From: a plasmid
DNA length: 64,000 nt
Strand: one strand, 5' to 3'
Sequence record: NZ_CP067423.1
The translations under genes and the position numbers were made by a program. Under the pieces are notes generated by a model, which had not been told where the DNA came from, searched no databases, and saw only the letters and a list, made by a program, of their open reading frames with translations. This document shows, one piece after another, positions 45,594 through 54,288 of this stretch (positions are counted from its first letter, which is position 1; each line of letters begins with the position of its first letter).

Positions 45594-46462
45594 GGCGCCG
45601 GAGCCTGGCAATGCTGCAGGACATCCGCGGCGGTGATGCGCTCCTCGCCGGAGCGGATTGCGTGGATGCCCAGCTCCGCCAAGGTGCCGAACACAGTGGC
45701 GGCGACGCCGTCGCCGTGGGTGGCCAGCGCCTTGACCGCGCGCACGGTCATCACCGAGGGGCGGCGCAGGGGCAGCCACCGCAGCACGCTGCCAACCAAC
45801 GTGTCGAACTCCGGTCCTGGGTCCCAGCACGGCAGCTCGACCGAGCGGAACCGGCGCGCCAGCTGGCGGTCATGGAACAGCGCCTCGCGGGCATCGCGCG
45901 TGCCGAACAAGGCCAGTGGGACTTGAAGCGTATTGGAGAGATGCCGGATCACGGCCAGCATCGTCCGCTGCTGCCGCACCGAGCCCAGCAGCATGTTATG
46001 CGCCTCGTCCACCAGGATCTGCCGGACGCCGATCATGCGGTAAAGCTGGATCACCCGGTCTGCCAGGCGTGGAACCGGCGATCTGGTCGCGGCCGGCGGC
46101 GTCCCGATCGCAGCCAACAGGGCCTCGTAGAACCAGCGCACGTCGCAGACCGGGGGCATCTCCACAGCGACGACCGGTGTCCGGCGGATGCCGGCCGCCA
46201 GGTCGGCCACGATAGGATGCTGCCGCAGATGCCGGTGCAGGATCGTGGTCTTGCCTTGGCCGGGGTCTCCCCAGACCAGCAGGTTAGGGGCAGCGACGGC
46301 TCCGGCCCCGGCCAGTTGCTCCTCCATGAGATCAAGCACCTGCCGACAGCGTGGGTATTCCATGAACCACCGCCGTCGCATCCACGCAATCCGCTCAACG
46401 TCCGGAAGCCGGGCCGTATCGTGTGCCTCCGGCGTCAGATGCCCGTAGCCATCAGCCATCGC
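45587..46462 (-). CDS. tniB: TniB AAA+ ATPase (transposition regulator)
   Basis: Start MADGYGHLTPEAHD; Walker A VWGDPGQGKTTIL; ILVDEAHNML Walker B. Sits between tniA and tniQ. Confidence 0.85.
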   Translation of the reverse strand, partial: AMADGYGHLTPEAHDTARLPDVERIAWMRRRWFMEYPRCRQVLDLMEEQLAGAGAVAAPNLLVWGDPGQGKTTILHRHLRQHPIVADLAAGIRRTPVVAVEMPPVCDVRWFYEALLAAIGTPPAATRSPVPRLADRVIQLYRMIGVRQILVDEAHNMLLGSVRQQRTMLAVIRHLSNTLQVPLALFGTRDAREALFHDRQLARRFRSVELPCWDPGPEFDTLVGSVLRWLPLRRPSVMTVRAVKALATHGDGVAATVFGTLAELGIHAIRSGEERITAADVLQHCQAPAPS

Positions 46463-48104
46463 CAGAATCCGCCTCGTAGTACGGCAGCAGGAGCGGTGCA
46501 TCCTCATCCACATCGGCGTCCGGCGCGGAGCACCCGATGGCAGGGAACAGCAGATCGCGCATCGGCCGCGCACCACTGCGAGCGAGTGCCAGTCTCGCTT
46601 TCCGACTGCGGCCGCGCGCTTCCTCCAGCGTTTTGCGCCGGGCGAGGATCATGTCGAACACCATCCCCTCATCCACGCCGGCACGGCCCTGCCGCCGCAA
46701 GACGCGGACCGCGGCGCGGTGCTCCCACAGCGAAATGGCGGGACGGCGCAGATTGCGGTACGCGACTTGAAGATAGCCGCCGGCTGCCCCGCGGACATGC
46801 ACCTGGGCCAGGTTGGCCGGGTCATAGTGCACCATGACCTTTCGGCGGTCGTGCAGCAGCGGCAGCAGGGCGTCATGCCAGTAGCGGATTCCAAACATGT
46901 GGATGCCGTCGCGCTGCACCGTCCGCTCCTGCCAGGGCAGGAAGTCGTAATGGAACTCCCGCAGGTCGGGCGGCAAGCGCGGGGTCGCGCCGGCAGTCAG
47001 TTCCCGCCATCGGGCGATTGGTGCCGTGGCGATCGCGCTGTGGAAGCTGGCGTTGTGTTCGAGAATGATGCTCGCCACCATCCACTCGATCTCGGTGATG
47101 GTGAGGCAGGCGTTGCCCTCGGCGTCGTAGGCGCCGCGCTCCTGGATATTGGAGAAGGTCGAGCCGTCCAGGAGGTGCAGCTCCTGCGAGAGATGGCCGA
47201 GACGCCGCTCGACATGGCCGCCGAAGTGCGGCCGCCGCACCGGCCTGTGCCGAACGGCGATACCGTAATCCTCGCAGGCACGGGTAAAGGCGCGCGAGTG
47301 GAATTCCTTGCCGTTGTCGACATGGATGGTCTCGGGCAGGCCGCAGACCGGCCAAGCAGCTGGCAGCTTCCGGTCCTCCAGCCACGCTCCCTTGTCCATG
47401 ACGGCGTGCAGCAGGCAACAGGCGACACTTGTGGCCGAGGGAGGATCGAAGGTGAGATGGAAGCCTGCATACATCCGCGAGCAGACGTCGATGGCGAGCG
47501 TGATGAAGGGGCGCCCGATAGGCTCCAGCGTCTCCGGCTCGACGGCGATAACGTCGGCCGGCGTGTGGTCGACCTGCAGCAATTCCAGCGGCCGCTCCGC
47601 CCGACAGGCGCCCAGCACCGGATCAAAGGCGTCGGCGGCTGCTTTGGGGCCGTGCCGCCGCCGTGTGCTCTCGCGGCGGCTGATGCTCGCCAGGCGCTTG
47701 GTGACGGTCTCTCGGTCGGGAGCGGGGAGCGCGGCGGCGTGGCAGCGCGCCTGGATGTCGCGGGTGAGCTTGGCCTTGCTTGGGCGCAGTTGCTGCAGAT
47801 AGTTGTTCTGGATTTCGTCGGCGACGATCGCTTCGACCTGCGGGTCAAGATGTCGGCCGCCTGGGCTTGGACCCGGACGACGGGGCAGGAGTGACCGCGT
47901 CCGCGGATCCGCCCTGTAGACACGCAGCAGGCGATACAGGTAGCCGAGGCTGATCGCCAATTCCTCAGCCGCGGCGGACGCCAGCTCGATGCTCGGGCCG
48001 GACCTTTCGGCCTGTTGGATGAGACGCCGCAGGACAGCTTCCCGTGCTCGCGCCACCGCCCAGTGGTCGTCATCGGCTTGGTCCGGGGCGGGCGGGTGCT
48101 TCAC
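46452..48104 (-). CDS. tniA: TniA DDE transposase (Mu/Tn7-like, Tn402/Tn5053 family)
   Basis: 550 aa with an rve-type integrase core (LELLQVDHTPADV...TLAIDVCSRMYAGF...IHVDNGKEFHS) and N-terminal HTH. Confidence 0.85.
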   Translation of the reverse strand: MKHPPAPDQADDDHWAVARAREAVLRRLIQQAERSGPSIELASAAAEELAISLGYLYRLLRVYRADPRTRSLLPRRPGPSPGGRHLDPQVEAIVADEIQNNYLQQLRPSKAKLTRDIQARCHAAALPAPDRETVTKRLASISRRESTRRRHGPKAAADAFDPVLGACRAERPLELLQVDHTPADVIAVEPETLEPIGRPFITLAIDVCSRMYAGFHLTFDPPSATSVACCLLHAVMDKGAWLEDRKLPAAWPVCGLPETIHVDNGKEFHSRAFTRACEDYGIAVRHRPVRRPHFGGHVERRLGHLSQELHLLDGSTFSNIQERGAYDAEGNACLTITEIEWMVASIILEHNASFHSAIATAPIARWRELTAGATPRLPPDLREFHYDFLPWQERTVQRDGIHMFGIRYWHDALLPLLHDRRKVMVHYDPANLAQVHVRGAAGGYLQVAYRNLRRPAISLWEHRAAVRVLRRQGRAGVDEGMVFDMILARRKTLEEARGRSRKARLALARSGARPMRDLLFPAIGCSAPDADVDEDAPLLLPYYEADSGDG

Positions 48105-48296
48105 GTCGTCTCACCGGATCTGTCCAGCAGGAGTGAACAGATCCATCCCACGGTTCCACCGAACCGCCCAGCAGGGCATTGTGTGTAAGCCTTGGGAGCC
48201 CTCAGCTCCTGTTGAACTCAACTATCCAGCAGTGACAGCCGTGGAGCCGTGCTGCGGCCGGAACCCAGGGCGAAACAGTACAAAGGAGCAGGGATC

Positions 48297-49067
48297 ATGG
48301 CCATCGTCGGGTATGCGCGCGTCTCCACCGAGGACCAGTCGACCGAGGCGCAGATCCTCGACCTCAGAAAGTTCGGCTGTACCGAGATCTTCCGGGAAAA
48401 CGCCTCGGGTGCTGACCGCGAGCGCCCGCAGCTAAAGGCCGTCCTGAGCCGGGTCAGGAAGGGCGATACCCTGGTCGTCGTGCGCATCGACCGCCTGGCC
48501 CGCTCGCTTGCCCATCTGCTGGACGTCATCGACACCCTGGAGCGCAGGGACGTGGCCTTCAAGTCACTGGGCGACCCGATCGACACCGGCAGCCCGCAGG
48601 GCAAGTTCACCCTGCAGATCCTCGGCGCGGTGGCGGAGTTCGAACGCTCCCTGATCCGCGAGCGCACCAAGGCCGGCGTGCGGGCCGCCAAGGCGATCGG
48701 CAAGAAACCGGGTAACCCCGGCCTGATTGCCAAAGACCCGCTCTCCCGGCGCCGCGTCGCCCGGGCTCGGGATGATCGCCTGACCGAGCGGGTCATCGCC
48801 GGCGCCGACGAGTTCCTTCCCATTGTGCAACGTCTTCGGCCCGGCCACCCCTGGGACCGTGTCGTGGATGTCCTCAACACGGCGGTGAAGAAGCGCCCCG
48901 GCGACAATCCGGCGCCGTGGACGCGCGATGCGCTGATCCGCGCGGTGCGCCGTCTGGTCGCCGACGGCCTGGCCGATCCCGGCGTGCTGAAAGCCGCCCC
49001 GCGCCGCTCCAGAAAGGGGTTTTGTCAGATCTCAGGGCAGCTTGCCGAGAGCGCTTGCAGCGGATAG
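48297..49067 (+). CDS. serine recombinase/resolvase (TniR-like), 3' end replaced by IS6 sequence
   Basis: Start MAIVGYARVSTEDQ. Paralogue of 42431..43387 including the extended C-domain (FLPIVQRLRPG...W..V..LN). The last ~17 codons (GFCQISGQLAESACSG*) derive from the IS6 copy whose left end is at 49015. Confidence 0.8.
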   Translation: MAIVGYARVSTEDQSTEAQILDLRKFGCTEIFRENASGADRERPQLKAVLSRVRKGDTLVVVRIDRLARSLAHLLDVIDTLERRDVAFKSLGDPIDTGSPQGKFTLQILGAVAEFERSLIRERTKAGVRAAKAIGKKPGNPGLIAKDPLSRRRVARARDDRLTERVIAGADEFLPIVQRLRPGHPWDRVVDVLNTAVKKRPGDNPAPWTRDALIRAVRRLVADGLADPGVLKAAPRRSRKGFCQISGQLAESACSG

Positions 49068-49985
49068 GTTCCCGAGCCCATTTTGAGAGATCAAGAGAGC
49101 CGCCATGGACTGCCCGCACTGCCGCTCGTCGGCGACTACGGAGCGGGAGGGGCGAACGGTTCATGGCTTCCGGCGGTTTCGGTGCCGGGATTGTGGGCGG
49201 CGGTTCAACGAGCGGACCGGCACGGCGCTGAACCGGGTCCAGGTCCCGACGGACATCGTGTTTCTCGTGGTCTTCTGGAGATTGCGCTACAAGCTGAGCC
49301 TGCGTGATCTGGCGGAGATGTTCCTGATCCGGGGCATCGTGTTCACCCACGAGGCGGTGCGAGATTGGGAAGCCAAACTGGCGCCACTGCTCAGTGAGGG
49401 CCTACGTAAGCGGCGGGCTGGCAAAGCCGGCCGCTGCTGGCACGTCGACGAGACGTATCTCAAAGTCGCCGGCAAATGGTGCTATCTCTACCGGGCGATC
49501 GATCGCGACGGTAACCTGGTCGACGTCTACCTCAGCAAAAGCCGCGACATGGCAGCGGCCAAGGCTTTCCTTCGTTCCGCCAGGTCGGTCACCCAGGTCG
49601 AGCCCGAGCAGGTCACAACCGACGGCCATACCAGCTACCCTAAGGCCATAACCGACGAACTCGGCACGGACGTCGATCACCGCACCAGTCAGTACAAAAA
49701 CAACGTGATCGAGCAGAATCACCGGAGCATAAAAGCACGCTATCGACCGATGCGCGGCTTCAAGAATTTTGATGCGGCTCATCGCTTCTGCCGCGCCTTC
49801 GACGAGGTCCACAACTTCCTGCGATCGGCCAGCTACATCAACCAGAACGTCTCCCTCGCCCGCCGCCGGACCATCCACGTGCAGCGGGTGGCCGCGTTGC
49901 GGGATCTGATCTCCGTCGCATAATACAGCTTCTGGTAGTCAGACGCTTGTTCAATGCTCAACTTGCCCCGAAAGCTGACAGATCC
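49015..49985 (+). mobile_element. IS6-family insertion sequence, copy 1 (~970 bp)
   Basis: Sequence identical to 57698..58666. Imperfect terminal IRs GGGTTTTGTCAG... and ...CTGACAGATCC. Single transposase ORF. Confidence 0.85.
49105..49923 (+). CDS. IS6-family transposase (272 aa), copy 1
   Basis: N-terminal zinc-finger MDCPHCRSSATTEREGRTVHGFRRFRCRDCGRRFNERTG and a DDE core (WHVDETYLKV...YRAIDRDGN...SYPKAI). Identical to the ORF at 57786..58604. Confidence 0.9.
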   Translation: MDCPHCRSSATTEREGRTVHGFRRFRCRDCGRRFNERTGTALNRVQVPTDIVFLVVFWRLRYKLSLRDLAEMFLIRGIVFTHEAVRDWEAKLAPLLSEGLRKRRAGKAGRCWHVDETYLKVAGKWCYLYRAIDRDGNLVDVYLSKSRDMAAAKAFLRSARSVTQVEPEQVTTDGHTSYPKAITDELGTDVDHRTSQYKNNVIEQNHRSIKARYRPMRGFKNFDAAHRFCRAFDEVHNFLRSASYINQNVSLARRRTIHVQRVAALRDLISVA

Positions 49986-50165
49986 GCCAGCGGCGCAGAC
50001 CGGCGATCTCCATGGCGCGCAGCCCGGCCTTGACCGAAAGCAAGACCACGACCTTGTCGCGGTGCGGGTAGCGCCGGCGCTCATCGCACCAGCGCAGCAT
50101 GGCCGCGACCGCGGTGTCGGTCAGGATCTTCGCCTGCTTGCCCGCCATGTGACAGCATTCCCAAG

Positions 50166-53100
50166 TCAAACCACGCCCGTATGATCACCGGACCCGCTCC
50201 TGCCGTCAAGGGGGCGAAGTCTTTGGAATCGCACGTTTTTCCGCATGTGCGCTTTTTCCGCAACTCGACACCTAAAAGTACCTATTTGCCGAGTGGCGGT
50301 TTTGATTTCGGCCACCAGCCGCTCAGCCGTACGCCGCGACGTGGCGATATGAGGCACCTGTTCGGCCAGGAACGCAGCCGACAGCGGCAGCACTCCCCAT
50401 TCGTTCCTGGCATGGGCGATCAGCCGTTCGACGGCGGTTCCGCCGTCCAGCAGCTCGTTCAGGGTCAGCAGGGTATCGACCTCAATGCCCGGCAGCGGCA
50501 GGTTGCTCAGGATGAACACCTCGCGGTCGGCACGGCCATGGATCAGGCGCAGTCGATCGAGGGCCTGGGCCATGCCGCGCTCGCGTTTGGCTTCGGTGCA
50601 GACCTGCACACGATGGTCGTCGTGCTCGTACACCCCCACCGGCACCGCCGGGCCGTGGCGCATGCGGTGACAGCGGGTTACCCTCCGGTACCGGCCAGTC
50701 AGGTTCAGAGGGATAGGGTCATCACAGTGTATCGCGCGGGCCTGCTGTTCGGCGGCACTCGCCGACATTTCCTCGCGGCCCAGCAGCACCACGGCATCGT
50801 AGTGCTTCCACGCGTCGATGCCCAGGATGGCGCCGTAGTGTGTCCAGGTGGCGCCGCCGAACTCGACCGACACCGGGATCTTGCCGGACCCTTCACCGGT
50901 AAATGCGGTACGTACCGGCTTGTTGGTCACCACCAGCACCTTCCCGCCTTTGGCCTTGCGTGAAATCCAGGCCAGGATGCGGGCGCGAAGGGCCTGGGTG
51001 TGCTCGACCTGCCGGTCAGTCGGCGTGCTGAACACCGCCTCCGGAGCGATGTAGGATTTCGCCAGCGTGGCGTTCCTGATCTGGGTAACCCGACCCAGGC
51101 GCCGTGCCATGATCTCGCGTCCGGCCAGATTGGAGCCGAACAGGATGCGGTTGGTGGCGAGGTCGGCGTCGGCATCGATAATCAGGAGCGGAATGCCCTT
51201 CGGCACGGCCTTGGGCGCTGAGTGGCGATGCAGGTGGAGGTCACCGTCGCGGTAGCTGACGCCGTGGGCGATGTCGCGCGGGTGGCGCAGCTCGCGGGCG
51301 AGCTGGCGAACGATGCGGCCGACGATTTTGCCCTGGTGAAGTTTAAGCTTTTCCGTAACTTCCTCGATGGCCTTGTCCGACATAGCCGGAGAAATATCCG
51401 GCCCGATATCGGTTGGCTCGGCCCAGCGTGCCAGGGTGTCGAGCTGCTTCCTGTTGAGTTTTGCGTCCCGGATCGCAGCCAGCATGGGGGCACCGCTGGT
51501 AATAGCAACCAGCAGGCGGGCACCCAGCGCGGCGGCATCGTCCTGTTCGTTGGTCAGGGCTGCGCTCTGGTAGGTTGCCGGTTCGGCCAGAAGGGCGGCG
51601 CCAACCGTTGCCGAGGTCAGCAGCGTCCGGGTCGAATCCTCGTCGATAACGGCCAGATCTGCGGCCGGAAATCCGAGCGGCTTGCCCAGGGTAAGGTGGT
51701 CATGGACGAACAGGTGCAGGCCGGCACCCTGGTTCAGATAGTTGTTGATGTACTCGCACCCCTTGAAGTGGGGGCACATGGTGTCGCCGCGCATGCACAG
51801 GGCTGAGAACACGGAGGGCACTTTGCCGGCCAGCTTGCGGGCGGTCCGATGCCGGACGCAGGGCGCATTGCCGATTTCCGCTTCGTGGTCGCGGCCACGG
51901 TGGAGCACGACCAGTGGCGCTGGCCAGACATCCCTGGTCAGGTCCTTCATGGCGCTTTCGAAGCCGCGCGCCAGGGCAACGGTTGGAAAGAAGCCGTGAA
52001 ACTGGCGGTTCCAGAGCTTCGGGTGGCGCAGGTAGGCTTCCCGCACGCCTGACGATTTGCCGAGACCAGCAGCGGCGGCAAGCTGGAGCCGGGGCGGGCG
52101 CTTCAGGTCGATGCCGGGATAAGTGCGGGCAACGGCCCGATCGATGGTGCGCCTGGCATCCCGCTTGTCACGGGCGGACATGCCATCGGTAATGAAGGCA
52201 TCGCACTGATCCCTGGTATAGTCGCAAGCCTCCAGCCAGCGTTCGGCCTGTGTCATCCAGTCTTCCAGCAGGATCTGGAGTTCGGCGTACGCGGTGGTGG
52301 CATCCACCGTCGTTGCCGGCCAGTGCGGCACCGGTTTGGGGGAGGTATCGGTGTTGGTCGACTTATCGGGGGTGGGGCTGCTGGGCGGCAGCACCGGCAC
52401 GGCGCCGTCCAGCATGGCGCGCACGGCATCGAGGCCCTGGGTGCGCAACAGGTCGTTGGCGTCCTTTACGTCGGCGGGTGGACGGGCGATCCAGACGTTA
52501 CAGCCGGCAGCGGCCAGCACCTTGCACGTTTCGGCAAGAGACTTCGCGGCCCTGCTGTCCGGGGAATCGTTCTGGGCGGCAATGACGATGCGGCGCTCTG
52601 CCGGTACCGAGTCGACCAGGCGCTTCAAGCCACCGAAGGCAACGCCAACCATGGCGTCGGGTCGGGCGGCATACAAAGTGATGCCATCCTCCGGACCTTC
52701 GCCGCAGATCACGTCACCGTCGCCATCGGACAGCCAACCGATGGCATGGTTGAGGCTGAGGGAGCCAGCTGACAGCTTGGCGACACCATCGCGCTTGTCG
52801 CCATCGGCCTTGAGGCGAACAGCCTGGAAGCCGTGAACCTTGCCGGTCAGATCGGTTGCCGATATTAGAAGCGCGGGTGCGGTGGTGTAGGAATCCGGCT
52901 TTGCCTTATGGCCGGAGTGGAAGCGAATGCGGCCGGTACGCTCGAGAGTATCAACTACATCGGCCGGAATGCCACGGAACTTCACCAGATAGGTTTCGGC
53001 AAGGGTGCCGGTGATGCTCCTGGCAGCAGCCCACTGCTGGCTGGCGAAGATGGACGGATCAGCTTCGTGCTGGGTCGGCTTCGCCTTGCGCTGGGCGATC

Positions 53101-53420
53101 ACCGGAAATTGGACACGCTCTTTCAGGGCATGTTCCAGGGCGTCGATGAATCCCATGCCGGTTTGATGCTGGATCAGGGCGATCATGTCGCCCTTGGTGC
53201 CAGCCTCCCAGTCAACCCAGGTGCCGGCATGCTTGCTGGCGAAGTTGACCTTCAGGCTTCCTTTGGCACCGAATCGGGCGTGGGTGCTGGTAATGCTGGT
53301 CGGCTTGCCGTGGTACTCGGCGGCGATTTCAAGGGCACGGTCGGCAATGCGGCGGCGTTGTTCGTCAGTTACGCGCGCAGGATCGCCTTCCGCCCTGATC
53401 GAGCGGTTGGGGTATCCCAT
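50166..53420 (-). CDS. large Toprim-domain protein, putative plasmid/conjugative DNA primase (~1084 aa)
   Basis: N-terminal primase-like segment (GSLKVNFASKHAGTWVDWEAGTKGDMIALIQHQTG). Toprim region (RIVIAAQNDSPDSRAAKSLAETCKVLAAAGCNVWIARPPADVKDANDLL). Start chosen at MGYPNRS (ATG 53420), 14 bp after the upstream gene. Confidence 0.65.
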   Translation of the reverse strand: MGYPNRSIRAEGDPARVTDEQRRRIADRALEIAAEYHGKPTSITSTHARFGAKGSLKVNFASKHAGTWVDWEAGTKGDMIALIQHQTGMGFIDALEHALKERVQFPVIAQRKAKPTQHEADPSIFASQQWAAARSITGTLAETYLVKFRGIPADVVDTLERTGRIRFHSGHKAKPDSYTTAPALLISATDLTGKVHGFQAVRLKADGDKRDGVAKLSAGSLSLNHAIGWLSDGDGDVICGEGPEDGITLYAARPDAMVGVAFGGLKRLVDSVPAERRIVIAAQNDSPDSRAAKSLAETCKVLAAAGCNVWIARPPADVKDANDLLRTQGLDAVRAMLDGAVPVLPPSSPTPDKSTNTDTSPKPVPHWPATTVDATTAYAELQILLEDWMTQAERWLEACDYTRDQCDAFITDGMSARDKRDARRTIDRAVARTYPGIDLKRPPRLQLAAAAGLGKSSGVREAYLRHPKLWNRQFHGFFPTVALARGFESAMKDLTRDVWPAPLVVLHRGRDHEAEIGNAPCVRHRTARKLAGKVPSVFSALCMRGDTMCPHFKGCEYINNYLNQGAGLHLFVHDHLTLGKPLGFPAADLAVIDEDSTRTLLTSATVGAALLAEPATYQSAALTNEQDDAAALGARLLVAITSGAPMLAAIRDAKLNRKQLDTLARWAEPTDIGPDISPAMSDKAIEEVTEKLKLHQGKIVGRIVRQLARELRHPRDIAHGVSYRDGDLHLHRHSAPKAVPKGIPLLIIDADADLATNRILFGSNLAGREIMARRLGRVTQIRNATLAKSYIAPEAVFSTPTDRQVEHTQALRARILAWISRKAKGGKVLVVTNKPVRTAFTGEGSGKIPVSVEFGGATWTHYGAILGIDAWKHYDAVVLLGREEMSASAAEQQARAIHCDDPIPLNLTGRYRRVTRCHRMRHGPAVPVGVYEHDDHRVQVCTEAKRERGMAQALDRLRLIHGRADREVFILSNLPLPGIEVDTLLTLNELLDGGTAVERLIAHARNEWGVLPLSAAFLAEQVPHIATSRRTAERLVAEIKTATRQIGTFRCRVAEKAHMRKNVRFQRLRPLDGRSGSGDHTGVV

Positions 53421-53433
53421 GTCAGATTCCGCG

Positions 53434-53745
53434 TCACTGTGCGGAGACGATGAGACGTACCTGTCCGGTGATGCCGGCCGTGCGTTCTGCGCCACGGGCA
53501 GCTTTGCGCCAGTCGATATAGCCCAGTTCGACTAGCAGATTATACACCCGGAAGATCGCGGCCTTGGTCACGCCAAGCCGGCGCGACAGGTAATCCGGAT
53601 CGGTGACAATCTGGCCGTCATCTGCGGGGTGGATAGCACCGGTTTCGTCGGCGTGATGGCTCATCACGCCAATGGCATGGAGAGCGGTGGCGGATGTGAT
53701 TCGCGGATCGATCATTGCGCGCAAGGCGACGTTGGCAACAGCCAT
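53434..53745 (-). CDS. small winged-helix DNA-binding protein (~104 aa), likely autoregulator upstream of the primase-like gene
   Basis: From MAVANVALRAMIDPRITSATALHAIGVMSHHADETG...YLSRRLGVTKAAIFRVYNLLVELGYIDWRK (HTH). The ORF-track N-terminal extension is non-protein-like and would span the operator palindromes. Confidence 0.45.
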   Translation of the reverse strand: MAVANVALRAMIDPRITSATALHAIGVMSHHADETGAIHPADDGQIVTDPDYLSRRLGVTKAAIFRVYNLLVELGYIDWRKAARGAERTAGITGQVRLIVSAQ

Positions 53746-53810
53746 CGGGATGGATCTCCCTTGGTCAGCCAGATAGCCGCTTGCATCAACCACGTCGCGT
53801 CGTCCATGAT

Positions 53811-53865
53811 TCGACTCGAAATTCGAGTCGACCTTGAAATTGGACACTATAACGATTATAGTGTC
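53811..53865. promoter_or_regulatory. two adjacent perfect palindromes (TCGACTCGAA-a-TTCGAGTCGA and GACACTATAA-cga-TTATAGTGTC), probable operators
   Basis: 10-bp perfect arms each, 11 bp apart, 66-120 bp upstream of the wHTH gene start on the minus strand. Confidence 0.45.
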
Positions 53866-54288
53866 TGGAGACGCTGGCTGAGGCATTCGGTCCTTAGCTG
53901 ACGGAGTAGCAAAGTCCATTGATCCTGGGCGCTGAAACCATGGGATCGATGGCGGCGAAAAATGACTGAGGGCGGCACTGTGTGGTAGCGGTGTCGCCCT
54001 TAGTCGTGTCAAGTATGTTACTCTCTGGCTGGTTGCGGGACAACACCTTTTTTTCACTACATCATTTAGACCGTGAAAAAGCCCACGCGATAGATTGGGT
54101 AGGGATCGGCCTCCTGTGACAGGAGCGACGCATTAAATTGGCTTATCGGATATGAGGAGCCGCTTCATGCATCGCCTCTGCTTTCACAGTGCCGATGCAA
54201 ACATGTGGAGTGACCTTCCGGTTCTTCTTTTGAATAGTTGCTCCACGGAGAACCGACGGACCCTGCGGAGGCTGACGGAATTCGAAGC

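Noticed and set aside
44622-48250. Terminal inverted repeats of a Tn402/Tn5053-type transposon around the tni module
   Set aside because: Could not find convincing 25-bp IRs at either boundary by eye. Reported only as a tni gene module, not as a delimited transposon.
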